Assembly (NCBI GenBank): GCA_043808095.1
Contig: JAZDFF010000042.1
Span: 137,364-201,363 of the forward strand
Reading direction: 5' to 3'
Length of the DNA stretch: 64,000 nucleotides
DNA from: Candidatus Omnitrophota bacterium
Lineage (GTDB): Bacteria > Omnitrophota > Gorgyraeia > JAZDFF01
Below are positions 1 to 9,843 of this stretch, piece after piece. Numbering within the stretch: the stretch's first letter is position 1; each line of letters begins with the position of its first letter. The notes under the pieces are model-generated. The model ran no database searches and was not told the origin of the DNA. It worked only from the letters and a program-made list of their open reading frames with translations. The translations under genes were made by a program, and so were the position numbers.

Positions 1-1158
1 CAGTAAAATAGAGGCGACCTCTAAGCAACAAAATAAGACACAAATATAAATATATCTTGTATTTTTTATTGAAAGGTGGTAATTCAAAAGAATACTCACC
101 ATAGCATACATCCCCATTCCGATTGCAAAAAGCCTTGCCAAAGGAATAAGCACGAGATCGGTCTTTGCTGTAAGGATTTTGATAATTGCCCCGGGTAAAA
201 CCAGGACAATTATAACCGCAATAAAAATGATCGCCCCTGCTAAAAGCATAAACTTCTTTAATAAAGGAAATGTATTTTTATTTAAACTGCTTAGGCCGCT
301 GGTCTTAGGGAACAACACAATGGAAAATGCAGCCGGCAAAAATAAAATAATTTTACCCACCATCTGGGAAATCGAATAGTACCCAGCATCCTGAGGACTA
401 AAATAATGCTTTACCATTATTACGTCTATATTGGTAAGTATGCCGAATGTTAACATGGCTAAACCGACGGTAAAAAAATATTTAAATATTGGCAGAAGAG
501 GAAAACTCTTGCTTAAGCTGACTTTTGCCCGCCAAAGCATTTTGGGGATTTGAAATAACGAAAGCGAAAACGCAAATATTGAACCGCACAAAAATCCTCC
601 CAATGCGCCAAGATAGCCAAATCCTAAACTTACAAACAGTATTCCGCAAATCAGCTTAACTAGACCGGAAATGCCTATATTAACGGATAAATGACCAAAA
701 CGCTCCAATCCCTGCAAAGTCGCCTGAGTTATCGGCGAGAAGATATTGAATAAAACAAGAACCAATAAGAAAAATAGAGAGCTCGGGTCGGAAATTCTTA
801 AATAGTTGCCTAACGGTTTATATAAAAAAACGAATAAACATAATATAAGAAGCGATACATAGATTAATTTCTGACCAAGCCTAAAGATTATGGACTTTAT
901 TTTTCCCCAATCCTGGCGGGAGCTAAATTCAGAAATGAAACGCGTAATGCCTAAGCGGATTGTCATGGTAGGCAGAGAAAATATGACAAGTGCACTTACT
1001 AAAGAGTTTAGATTCCCGTATTCATCGGGCCTCAAGTGCCGTACCATGAATAACCAGAATATTAAATTGAAGACATTTTCCGCCGATGAAGAAAAAAACA
1101 TCAAACTGATATCTTTTATTAATCTATCTTTTAGTTTTGATTTAATTATTCCCAACAT
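1..1158 (-). CDS. Wzx-like polysaccharide/oligosaccharide flippase (MOP superfamily); partial, 3' end lies beyond the window start
   Basis: Translated manually from ATG at 1158 (AAGGAA RBS about 8 nt upstream). The open frame runs 386 codons to position 1 with no stop: MLGIIKSKLKDRLIKDISLMFFSSSAENVFNLIFWLFMVRHLRPDEYGNLNSLVSALVIFSLPTMT... It is hydrophobic and multi-TM, and LRPDEYG is the typical Wzx/RfbX N-terminal motif. It is absent from the ORF track because it runs off the edge. Confidence 0.7.
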   Translation of the reverse strand, partial: MLGIIKSKLKDRLIKDISLMFFSSSAENVFNLIFWLFMVRHLRPDEYGNLNSLVSALVIFSLPTMTIRLGITRFISEFSSRQDWGKIKSIIFRLGQKLIYVSLLILCLFVFLYKPLGNYLRISDPSSLFFLLVLVLFNIFSPITQATLQGLERFGHLSVNIGISGLVKLICGILFVSLGFGYLGALGGFLCGSIFAFSLSLFQIPKMLWRAKVSLSKSFPLLPIFKYFFTVGLAMLTFGILTNIDVIMVKHYFSPQDAGYYSISQMVGKIILFLPAAFSIVLFPKTSGLSSLNKNTFPLLKKFMLLAGAIIFIAVIIVLVLPGAIIKILTAKTDLVLIPLARLFAIGMGMYAMVSILLNYHLSIKNTRYIYICVLFCCLEVASILL

Positions 1159-1169
1159 AAAAAATTCCT

Positions 1170-2276
1170 TTATTCTTTAATTCTTCTTATGGTATCAATA
1201 ATGTAAGAAATCTGTCTTTCGGTAAGGCCATTGCCGGAAGGAAGATACAATCCTCTCGATGAAATATAATCGGCTACCGGGAATTTATCATTAAAACTAT
1301 ATCCCATTTTCTTAAAAACGGGTTGTTTATGCATAGGGACAAAAAATGCCCTGGTCTCTATTCCCCGGTCTTTAAGTTTTTTCATAAAACTTTCTCTCTT
1401 GGGGCCAAATTCATCCTGCAAAACAATACCATACATCCAATATACATTCCTGGCATATTCTTTTTCAACCGGGAGTTGAAGTCCTTCTATATCTTTAAGG
1501 CCGCGGCTATATAAAAAGGCATTTCTTCTCCTCGCGCTGATATACTTGTTAATTTTCTCAAGCTGGGCCAAACCAATGGCTGCCAGGATATTACTCATCC
1601 GATAATTATATCCCAATTCTCTATGAAAGAATCTCGTCTTACTGAAGGCTAAATTCTTAAGATACCGAGCACGCATGGCGATTCTCTTATTGTTGGTCAA
1701 AACCATTCCGCCCTCACCAGAGGTTATTATCTTATTGGCGTAGAAACTAAAACAGCTTACATCGCCAAAACTACCCACCCTTCTTCCTCTATATTCTGCG
1801 CCATGCGCCTCCGCAGCATCTTCTATCAGAAATAGATTATGTTTATTTGCGACCTTTAGTATCGGCCCCATATCACAAGGATGGCCGTAGATATGAACCA
1901 CCATTATAGCCTTGGTACGGAGAGTAACTTTCTCTTCAATCTTTCTAAAGTCAATATTGTAAGTATCCGGACAAATATCTACCGGAACAATCTTAGCCCT
2001 ACAATAACAGACGGCAAAGGCAGGGGCAATCATCGTGAATGTCGGCAAGATCACTTCATCGCCTTCTTTTAAACCCAGGGACTCTAAAGCCAGGTGCAAT
2101 GCCGTTGTTCCGCTGGTAGTGGCAATGCCGTATTTACGACTGCAATATCCGGCAAAACTATCTTCAAAATCACCAATGAATCTGCCCATCGAAGAAATCC
2201 AATTGGTTCTAAGGCATTCTAAAACATACTTTTCTTCGGTCTTTGATATAACAGGCTTGCAAACTGGTATCTTCAT
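1170..2276 (-). CDS. DegT/DnrJ/EryC1/StrS-family PLP-dependent sugar aminotransferase
   Basis: 368 aa. Family hallmarks are SGTTALHLAL, DAAEAHGA and SFYANKIITSGEGGMV (PLP-lysine region). Confidence 0.85.
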   Translation of the reverse strand: MKIPVCKPVISKTEEKYVLECLRTNWISSMGRFIGDFEDSFAGYCSRKYGIATTSGTTALHLALESLGLKEGDEVILPTFTMIAPAFAVCYCRAKIVPVDICPDTYNIDFRKIEEKVTLRTKAIMVVHIYGHPCDMGPILKVANKHNLFLIEDAAEAHGAEYRGRRVGSFGDVSCFSFYANKIITSGEGGMVLTNNKRIAMRARYLKNLAFSKTRFFHRELGYNYRMSNILAAIGLAQLEKINKYISARRRNAFLYSRGLKDIEGLQLPVEKEYARNVYWMYGIVLQDEFGPKRESFMKKLKDRGIETRAFFVPMHKQPVFKKMGYSFNDKFPVADYISSRGLYLPSGNGLTERQISYIIDTIRRIKE

Positions 2277-2683
2277 TTTAAATCAATAAATTTTTTATCC
2301 TTTTCGGAACAAACATATGGCCCCTGCTTCACCTCAATAATCTTTGAATCTTCTAACATATTAAAACCATGGCCTCCCGAAATTATGACTATCGCATCAT
2401 TTTTACCAATAATCACGCTGCCTAATTTTCTTTTCACGTTATAGAAACTAACTTCTACCCTTCCATAAACCACATAAAGAACTTCCTGCGTATTGTTTAA
2501 TTTCCGTGTAAGCCTTCTGTGGATATGGGGGCGCAGAGTTATATTCTTTTTATGTACCAATACCCCCACCTGTAGGCTTCTTTTTTTTGAAGTTACAAAA
2601 TTAACGCCTTCTTGCCCAAATCCGGAGCGAATGACAATGGCGTAAAGCTTATTCTTAAACTTTATTTCCGATAGTTTGTTCAC
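2273..2683 (-). CDS. FdtA/WxcM-like NDP-4-keto-6-deoxyhexose 3,4-ketoisomerase (small cupin)
   Basis: 136 aa, the cupin-size typical of FdtA/QdtA. It has a His-rich RPHIHRR..VLYVVYG core and overlaps the DegT gene by 4 nt. Confidence 0.55.
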   Translation of the reverse strand: MNKLSEIKFKNKLYAIVIRSGFGQEGVNFVTSKKRSLQVGVLVHKKNITLRPHIHRRLTRKLNNTQEVLYVVYGRVEVSFYNVKRKLGSVIIGKNDAIVIISGGHGFNMLEDSKIIEVKQGPYVCSEKDKKFIDLK

Positions 2684-2843
2684 TTTGCCCTCTTAAATTA
2701 TGGACTTAAACTATTTCACTGAACGAAATTGCCTGAAATGTTTACATCTATATCATTTTCCTGAAAACAATATTTCAAATGCAATAAGTTGAATAACTTA
2801 ATGTTCGTAAAAAGCTAAGCCTATATATTTAATCAACTTATTA

Positions 2844-4085
2844 TTACTTTTGTTCGCTTTGTGTCAAGTATCTTAAATTTGCCATCAATAAACCAAGTAA
2901 TAACCAAAAAATCATTACAATCTGCAAGCTATAGAAATGGGTATCGAATGCGCTATGCACCAAATAAGCCAATAAGCCTCCCAATAAACCAACAGAAAGA
3001 TTTTTATAAACAGAATCTTCATGTTTTTTAATCAATTCTACTGACTTAATAAATAAGGTAAAAATCACGAACATAAAACTAGTCAACCCCAAGACGCCTG
3101 TTTCAGCAAGCATCTGCAGAAAACAATTATGGGCATAAGTAGGCCCCCAGGAATATTCAATTATATTGTTTAATCTTTCAAAATTGAACATAAACGTGCC
3201 TAATCCTACTCCCGTGAGAGGATTCTCAAGAAACATGCTTATCCCTATTCTATTTAGGACTACTCTGTCTTTTACCCCATTATCAGAAAAATTAAATAAG
3301 GCACCAAACCCGGCCTTCATATCCTGAGGATACAAAAACCAAATGCTCGCAAAAAATAAAATAACGAATAGTAAAATAAAGGCAGTCCGTTTTTCTTTAA
3401 ACAAAATAATAAATATGGCCCCGAGAATAAACCCCAACCATGCCCCGCGCGAAAACGACAAAAATAAACAGGTTAATAGACCCAGACTTAAAATCCTGAA
3501 GGCGATTCTTAAAATAAAATTTTTAAATTTATAAAAAATCAGGCTCAGGTTTATTATAAGAAGCGGCGATATGTATGCGGCAAAGTCATTTGCAGAAATA
3601 AAAGGCCCCATTATTCTAAAGGTAAAGGGCCGCGCATCATAGTACCAGACTCTGTTACGGATAAAATCCTTATGGGTACAAAACTGAAATAGGCCATCAA
3701 CGCAGATCAGGGCACTGGAAATAAATAAAATCGTTAAAATATTTCTTATTTTTTTCCTGGAGTTCATGCTTTCTATAATAACAAAAAATATCAAAACATA
3801 TTCAGCAAGCTTTAATATGAAAGTCCTGATGCTTATTGCGAAATTCGTACTAAATATTACTGAAATACCGCAAATTACTACATAAATCAATAAGGGTTTA
3901 TCTAAAAACGTATCAAAAGTAAATTTTCTAATTATTACCTTCTTAAGCAGAAACGCAAATATTGCAATAGTGGCGAAGATTTCTATTAAGGCATTGGATA
4001 TGGGTAAAAAATAGGCCAGAGAATATAACGAGTATTCCATTACTCTATCTAGTATAACTATACAATTCTGTTTATTTATCGACAT
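2844..4085 (-). CDS. O-antigen ligase/Wzy_C-family polytopic membrane protein (WaaL/Wzy-like polymerase or ligase)
   Basis: 413 aa with about 10-12 TM segments. The hallmark motif LSFSRGAWLGFILG (SRGAWL of the O-antigen ligase family) is followed by a periplasmic loop. Confidence 0.65.
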   Translation of the reverse strand: MSINKQNCIVILDRVMEYSLYSLAYFLPISNALIEIFATIAIFAFLLKKVIIRKFTFDTFLDKPLLIYVVICGISVIFSTNFAISIRTFILKLAEYVLIFFVIIESMNSRKKIRNILTILFISSALICVDGLFQFCTHKDFIRNRVWYYDARPFTFRIMGPFISANDFAAYISPLLIINLSLIFYKFKNFILRIAFRILSLGLLTCLFLSFSRGAWLGFILGAIFIILFKEKRTAFILLFVILFFASIWFLYPQDMKAGFGALFNFSDNGVKDRVVLNRIGISMFLENPLTGVGLGTFMFNFERLNNIIEYSWGPTYAHNCFLQMLAETGVLGLTSFMFVIFTLFIKSVELIKKHEDSVYKNLSVGLLGGLLAYLVHSAFDTHFYSLQIVMIFWLLLGLLMANLRYLTQSEQK

Positions 4086-5895
4086 CGCCTTCTTCCTTTA
4101 GGTCCAGAATGCCTGAAATCTTTCTATACGGAATATCGCAATATTCGCAAATTGTACTGAATTCAATAATTTCTTTTTTTCTATTGTGTGGCAGGGTAAT
4201 CAACAGTTCATCAATTTTATAATCTTTTATCAAATTGGCAACATCTTCCCGGGAGCCCAAAATTGGAATACCATGAATTCTTTTACCGGCCTTTTCCGTA
4301 TCGTCGTCAATAAAACCAACGGGATGGTAATTCACGGTCTTACTTCTCTTAATTTCTCTTAAGACCATTTCGCCGGTATTTCCGGCTCCTATTATTAGAA
4401 TCCGTTTTCCCTTGGTCCGGGCCGAGAAAAAGTATTCGTTTAAAATAGGCAGAATTACTCTAATACCGCAGACTAAAAATAATAAAATCAACCAATCAAT
4501 TATGAATATGACTCTCGAAAAATCTTTAAATCTGAAAATTAAAGTCAGCATAACTATGCCTAAGAGCGAACTTATAGTAACCGCCTTAAATATAGAGATT
4601 AAATCAGGAATACTAATATATTCCCTTACCCTGTTATATAATCCGAACTTAAAAAATGCCACCATTCTAATAACAATCATTATGGGCAGAGATTCCCTAA
4701 TCAGGAGAAATGCCGCCTCGGGGATCTTCGACTCATATTTAAGCAAATAGGCACAGTAGTACGAAATACAAATTAAAACAAGATCGAAGCTTACTTCTAA
4801 AAAAATGCGCTTATAAAGTAAAACAGTATTGAGAACGACTTTATTTTGCTTTAATTTCTTTTGTCTTGCAAATTCAATGTCTTCCTTGCTCTCATAAGTC
4901 TGGACATCGGACAAAAAAATCCCAAAGAAAAATAGGATAATGAACGTAAGGAGCATGAGTATAAAAACTATTATAAAGTCGATTTTGGTATACGTAAGTG
5001 CAATTAAGCCAAATAAAATACTGATAATATATAACAAAACTACTGCCCTTCTTTCAGGGAGACCTAACGAAACTATACGATGAGAAGTATGATCTCTGCC
5101 GCCTTGCCAAAAAGACCTGCCTCCGAATTTCCTCATCAGCATGACAAATATCGTATCAAAAATAGGAACTCCCAAAATTAAAACCGGTATTGACAAGGTA
5201 ATGATAAAATTCGAGACGTGCCTATAGGAACTCATAATACTTATTACGGCCAAACTGAATCCTAAAAACATACTCCCTGAATCTCCCATGTAAATTTTTG
5301 CAGGATTAAAATTGTAAGGCAAAAAACCCAGCGTCGCTGCGGCCAATATCAAACCCACCACGCCTATACCATCATTATTTAATAAGAGGGATGAGGCAAA
5401 AATCATCATCCCGGAGATTACGGCAATGCCGGCAGCTAAACCATCCATATTGTCCAGTAGATTAAACGAGTTAGTAATTCCGATAATCCAAAAAAAAGTT
5501 AAAAGATATGAAAAAAACTGGAATTTAGGTATATTGAAGGTAATGCCCAGAAGAATGACTATACAACTGGCAATAATCTGGCCCAGCAGTTTCATTTGAG
5601 GTCTCATTGGCTTGAAATCGTCACTTAAGCCCCAGGCAAAGATAAAACTCGAACCAAGCAATAATCCCCAGATCATTCTTTCCGTTTTAAAAAACAACAC
5701 TATCCCAATTATCGAAGATAGATAGATTCCTATGCCGCCCAGTAACGCCGTAACTCTTCTGTGCCAGCGATCTTGCTTTGGCTTAGCAACAAGTTTGTAC
5801 CTTATGGCCAAAGACCGGACCACCGGAGTAAAAATTAGAGATAGGCCAAAAGGAAGCAAAAATATTGGTAAGTACTGTAAATATTCTAAATACAT
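4072..5895 (-). CDS. WecA/MraY-family polyprenyl-phosphate HexNAc-1-phosphate transferase fused to a C-terminal TM + Rossmann (WbaP/PglF N-terminal-like, CoA-binding-like) module
   Basis: 607 aa. The N-terminal roughly 330 aa carry NSFNLLDNMDGLAAGIAV and YMGDSGSMFLGFSLA (MraY/WecA signatures). The C-terminus has 3-4 TM segments followed by ILIIGAGNTGEMVLREI..YHPVGFIDDD..IHGIPILG, typical of the N-terminal regulatory domain of WbaP/PglF/CapD proteins. Confidence 0.7.
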   Translation of the reverse strand: MYLEYLQYLPIFLLPFGLSLIFTPVVRSLAIRYKLVAKPKQDRWHRRVTALLGGIGIYLSSIIGIVLFFKTERMIWGLLLGSSFIFAWGLSDDFKPMRPQMKLLGQIIASCIVILLGITFNIPKFQFFSYLLTFFWIIGITNSFNLLDNMDGLAAGIAVISGMMIFASSLLLNNDGIGVVGLILAAATLGFLPYNFNPAKIYMGDSGSMFLGFSLAVISIMSSYRHVSNFIITLSIPVLILGVPIFDTIFVMLMRKFGGRSFWQGGRDHTSHRIVSLGLPERRAVVLLYIISILFGLIALTYTKIDFIIVFILMLLTFIILFFFGIFLSDVQTYESKEDIEFARQKKLKQNKVVLNTVLLYKRIFLEVSFDLVLICISYYCAYLLKYESKIPEAAFLLIRESLPIMIVIRMVAFFKFGLYNRVREYISIPDLISIFKAVTISSLLGIVMLTLIFRFKDFSRVIFIIDWLILLFLVCGIRVILPILNEYFFSARTKGKRILIIGAGNTGEMVLREIKRSKTVNYHPVGFIDDDTEKAGKRIHGIPILGSREDVANLIKDYKIDELLITLPHNRKKEIIEFSTICEYCDIPYRKISGILDLKEEGDVDK

Positions 5896-5896
5896 T

Positions 5897-6865
5897 TTAT
5901 AATATATTTTTATAATAAGTAATAACGTCTTTAATAATGCTATTTAAATCTGCTGTCGGCTTGAAACCGATTAACCGATTAATCTTAGTTATATCGGGAA
6001 CCCTACGCTGCATATCCTCGAAACCTTCCTCGTAAGCCTCATCATAAGGAATGAACTTAATCTCTGAGCTACTGCCCGTAATGTCGATAATCCTTTTAGC
6101 TAAATCTCTTATCGATATTTCTTCCTGACTGCCAAGGTTAAAAACTTCGCCTACTGCCTTTGGATTATTGACTAATTTGATCAAGGCTGATACTACGTCT
6201 TTTACATGTAAAAAACAGCGCGTTTGCTTGCCGTCTCCATAAATGGTTAAAGGATCATTGTTTAAGGCCTGAGTTATAAAACGTGGTATAACCATCCCAT
6301 AAGCTGCTGACTGTCTGGGACCAACAGTATTAAAAAGCCTGACAATTATTGAAGGAAGATTATTTTGTTTCCAGTAAATATAAGCAAGCATTTCATCGAC
6401 TGCTTTTGCTGTAGAATACCCCCATCTGCTTTTTAGGGGAGAACCTAATATCCGGTCATCTCCTTCCTTTAATGGACCATTCGTATTCTTGCCATAAATT
6501 TCCGAAGTAGAAGTAATCAATATCTTTTTATTATATCGACAGGCTATCTCTAAAACTACCTCACTCCCCTTTATATTAGTTGTGAGTGACTGTAACGGTT
6601 TTTTTACAATTAACTCGACACCCACTGCGGCAGCAAGATGAAACACGACATCTACTTTTTCTACCAATTTATCTACTAATGCTGTATCAAGAATGCTTCC
6701 TCTGACTAACTCAAGGTTTTTATTATTCTCAAACTGCTTAATATTTTCGAGCCTTCCTGTCGAAAAATCATCCAAAACAACCACCTGGTTTTTGTGATCT
6801 TTTAGCAGTTCTTCCGCTAAATGCGAACCAATAAATCCTGCTCCTCCTGTGACTAATACCCTCAT
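5897..6865 (-). CDS. Extended-SDR NDP-sugar dehydratase/decarboxylase, UDP-glucuronate decarboxylase (UXS)-like
   Basis: 322 aa with VLVTGGAGFIGSHL, ILITSTSEIYG, a YSTAK catalytic YxxxK and FNTVGPRQ, which match UXS/ArnA-type motifs. Confidence 0.65.
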   Translation of the reverse strand: MRVLVTGGAGFIGSHLAEELLKDHKNQVVVLDDFSTGRLENIKQFENNKNLELVRGSILDTALVDKLVEKVDVVFHLAAAVGVELIVKKPLQSLTTNIKGSEVVLEIACRYNKKILITSTSEIYGKNTNGPLKEGDDRILGSPLKSRWGYSTAKAVDEMLAYIYWKQNNLPSIIVRLFNTVGPRQSAAYGMVIPRFITQALNNDPLTIYGDGKQTRCFLHVKDVVSALIKLVNNPKAVGEVFNLGSQEEISIRDLAKRIIDITGSSSEIKFIPYDEAYEEGFEDMQRRVPDITKINRLIGFKPTADLNSIIKDVITYYKNIL

Positions 6866-8055
6866 TTTATCTCCTTTTCAGCTAACAAATCTCCATATAA
6901 CCGTTCCATATCTTCAATTAATCTCTCTTTTCTAAATCTGTCTCTAACAAAGCCCCTGCCTGCTTCTCCTATCTTTATCCTTAAATCTTTGTTCTTCATT
7001 AAATTAATCAAAGACTTGGTAAATGCCTCGGCATCCTTAGAGCTTACCAATATGTTTTCAGGAGGCAGGCCGGCTAATTGACAAACTGGATTAATTAAAT
7101 CCCTCACCCCGCCAACGTCTGTCGCCACAACTGCGCAACCGGCTGCCATCGCCTCTATTAATGAAACTGGATTACCCTCGTTTAAAGAGGTTAAGGCCAC
7201 AATATCCAAATTAGAATATAAATTTACCAGATCCTTCTGCCAACCCGTAAAGGTAACATAATTATTTAAACCTAATTCTTGAGCATAGCTTTCCAGAGTG
7301 TTTTTTAACTCTCCGTCGCCAACAATAATAAACTGACGATCGCCGATAACAGAGGAATGATTGCTCAGAATCAGTTTTACTGTTTCAAGAAACATAGCGT
7401 GATTTTTTATCTTCGTAAGCCGGCCCACAATTCCTATTTTAGGCCCAGAGTTTCTTTCTATAGGAATGGATAAAAGCTGATCAAGTTCTAGGCCTAAATG
7501 TATTACTATTAATTTATCAGGACTGCCTATCCCTAATTCTAACAACTCCTTTTTAACTGTCTGGCTTACAGCAATAATCTTATCCGTAAATTGAGCTAGA
7601 ATTCTCTCAATACAAATAAATACCCTGGTTTTAAATCTCCCAAAATAACTATGTAAAACATGTCCATGGAAGGTATGTATTAGGATACATCTTTTCTTGC
7701 CAACAATCAAATTATATAACAGTCCTGCAAGCCTTCCTAATGTCCCGGCCTTTGCCGTATGGGTGTGAATTATATCGGGTTTCTCCCTCAAAATTAAAAG
7801 AAAAAGTCTTAAAAAAGTACGTAAGTCATTTATAAAGCTGATGTTACGGGATAAGGCAGGAATAATTATCGGTACTACATTTTTACTCTTAGCAAGATAT
7901 ATCATATCGGCCTCATGGGAATCCACACTACCAGTAGCCAAAAGTGAGTGAAATCTATTTTTATTTAGCCCGTGCGTAAGCAGGATGCAATGAATTGCCG
8001 GACCGCCTATGTTAAGTCTTGCAATTATTCTTAAAATTTTTACCTTTTTATCCAT
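6862..8055 (-). CDS. GT4-family glycosyltransferase (GT-B fold)
   Basis: 397 aa. EGNPVSLIEAMAAGCAVVATDVGGVRDLI is the canonical GT4 C-terminal motif. Confidence 0.85.
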   Translation of the reverse strand: MDKKVKILRIIARLNIGGPAIHCILLTHGLNKNRFHSLLATGSVDSHEADMIYLAKSKNVVPIIIPALSRNISFINDLRTFLRLFLLILREKPDIIHTHTAKAGTLGRLAGLLYNLIVGKKRCILIHTFHGHVLHSYFGRFKTRVFICIERILAQFTDKIIAVSQTVKKELLELGIGSPDKLIVIHLGLELDQLLSIPIERNSGPKIGIVGRLTKIKNHAMFLETVKLILSNHSSVIGDRQFIIVGDGELKNTLESYAQELGLNNYVTFTGWQKDLVNLYSNLDIVALTSLNEGNPVSLIEAMAAGCAVVATDVGGVRDLINPVCQLAGLPPENILVSSKDAEAFTKSLINLMKNKDLRIKIGEAGRGFVRDRFRKERLIEDMERLYGDLLAEKEIK

Positions 8056-8591
8056 TTCAGGGATAAACTATTTCTAACAATATCCTGCCAGGTTGCCTTA
8101 CAAAAGAACCCAATAAAGCAAAACAATAAAGATGACCCCAAAAGCATCCATCTTAAGAGGCTAATTTCTTTATGAAAACCAACTGACATCAGCATATCAG
8201 TAATTATTGCAGTAATAATAATTATGCTCCCCGTCCTAATCGGAATAGAGCTAAAATTTTCCTCCAATAGTTTTATTGAATTAATTATTTTACTTGTACC
8301 AAACAAAATAGCTACTTCTGTCTTTAGCATGCTAGAAGATTTTTTACAATATCGAATAATACGACTATTATTAAAATATACCGTGCTCTTACAGTTAAAC
8401 CGCGCGGATTTCTTAATGACACTAAATACATAAGAATCCTTTGGTGGATTTTTTAAAAAATTTATTAGGCTATAGAGATGACCGCTTTCGAAGCTGGCCT
8501 CTATTTTTAGATCTATTTGGCGGCATACCTTTAAGGCATGCATTATCAGCAATACGACAGAACTTGTATTGATTAAGTCTCTGATTCTCAT
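8040..8591 (-). CDS. hypothetical protein with C-terminal TM segment
   Basis: 183 aa with no recognisable motif. It sits in the operon with the same codon bias, and its start is uncertain. Confidence 0.35.
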   Translation of the reverse strand: MRIRDLINTSSVVLLIMHALKVCRQIDLKIEASFESGHLYSLINFLKNPPKDSYVFSVIKKSARFNCKSTVYFNNSRIIRYCKKSSSMLKTEVAILFGTSKIINSIKLLEENFSSIPIRTGSIIIITAIITDMLMSVGFHKEISLLRWMLLGSSLLFCFIGFFCKATWQDIVRNSLSLKWIKR

Positions 8592-8615
8592 TGCATGAAT
8601 GTTAAAAAATTATCA

Positions 8616-9821
8616 TCATGGCTCTACCCCTACAATTATGCCCGAAATACTATACATATCCGTAGAAAATGTAATAGGATTGCCTATTTTCACAGGGAAA
8701 TTTTTAAAAAAAGTTATTTCGTCTTTCTCCGCACAAAACGTTTTCATAGAAACTACTATCTCCTTTAAGAATGGATGGTTAACCATAACTAAATTGTTTT
8801 CTTTAAAAGTTAGCATCTCGGATTGTTTAGAACTTATAACTGCATCGATTTTTGCCACTACTTGGCCAGAGAGGTCTTTTTCAACATCTCCTTCATGTAT
8901 AATATCTGCAATTTCGGGAATTATTTCAAAAAATCTGACCTTCAACTTCAGCCATCTTGTTTTAGTTTGATAAATAGAACTGAAGGCTCCGGAAGCTAAA
9001 AAAACAGATTTATATTTATCAGTATTAAATTCAATCGGAAAATTATATGTCAATTTACGGTCCTTATAGAAAATTTGACTGTTTTCATCCGTTTTGCATT
9101 TTAATCTTACTTTTACAAAAATCTGTTTTCTGTTAGGGTCTACCCCTTGTAGAAAATTTCCACTACCCAAATCAATATTAACAATATTATTTTCTAATTC
9201 GCCGACATTTAAAATTTCGGCTATAACTTGTCCGTTCTCATCTACTTCCTTATCTCCTACTAGAACCAATTTTGCAGTATCGTTGTTTAATTCTTTAATC
9301 GATCCATAAAGATCTATTAGCGATTCCTCTATATTCTTAAGCCCGCGGATTGCCTTAACCGAATATTTTTCTGTTGCAAAATCAAAAATAGAATTAAGCG
9401 CTATAGGACTATATTTATAATACAAACCATCCGGACGAACTCCCACTATTAATTTAAGCCTGGCAGAAATTTGCTTTAAATTTTTATCAGTTTTTAAAAA
9501 TTCTTCCTTAGGGCCTACTTTGATTTTATATTCATAAGGACCTACCTCCCCAAGGCTGATTATTTCTCCGATAACCTCTCCGCTTTCATTTAATTCTTTA
9601 TCCCCGACCGAAATTAACTTTGCAATTTGAGGCTCTAATTTTATGAACTGGCAATCGAAAACTTCTTCAATAAAATCTTTTTTAGAAAATTTTGGTTTTG
9701 CAGAAAATAATCTATAGCCGAAATAAAACATCGTTATAAAACAAATCAAAGATACAATTATTAAAAAATCGATTATGTTTAGCTTTCCAAACAGTCTGCC
9801 ATTTTCATCTATTATTTTCAA
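8616..9821 (-). CDS. membrane-anchored protein with three tandem copies of a roughly 40-aa acidic repeat (function unknown)
   Basis: 401 aa with an N-terminal TM anchor (IIDFLIIVSLICFITMFYFGY). The repeats are AKLISVGDKELNESGEVIGEIISLGEV, AKLVLVGDKEVDENGQVIAEILNVGEL and ADIIHEGDVEKDLSGQVVAKIDAVIS. Confidence 0.5.
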   Translation of the reverse strand: MKIIDENGRLFGKLNIIDFLIIVSLICFITMFYFGYRLFSAKPKFSKKDFIEEVFDCQFIKLEPQIAKLISVGDKELNESGEVIGEIISLGEVGPYEYKIKVGPKEEFLKTDKNLKQISARLKLIVGVRPDGLYYKYSPIALNSIFDFATEKYSVKAIRGLKNIEESLIDLYGSIKELNNDTAKLVLVGDKEVDENGQVIAEILNVGELENNIVNIDLGSGNFLQGVDPNRKQIFVKVRLKCKTDENSQIFYKDRKLTYNFPIEFNTDKYKSVFLASGAFSSIYQTKTRWLKLKVRFFEIIPEIADIIHEGDVEKDLSGQVVAKIDAVISSKQSEMLTFKENNLVMVNHPFLKEIVVSMKTFCAEKDEITFFKNFPVKIGNPITFSTDMYSISGIIVGVEP

Positions 9822-9843
9822 TTTGACCTCCCTTTTTTTGGCC

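Noticed and set aside
8040-8591. Calling the 183-aa ORF an N-terminal extension or part of the adjacent GT4 or repeat protein
   Set aside because: It is in a different frame with a 16-nt overlap and has no sequence continuity, so it is kept as a separate hypothetical protein with low confidence.
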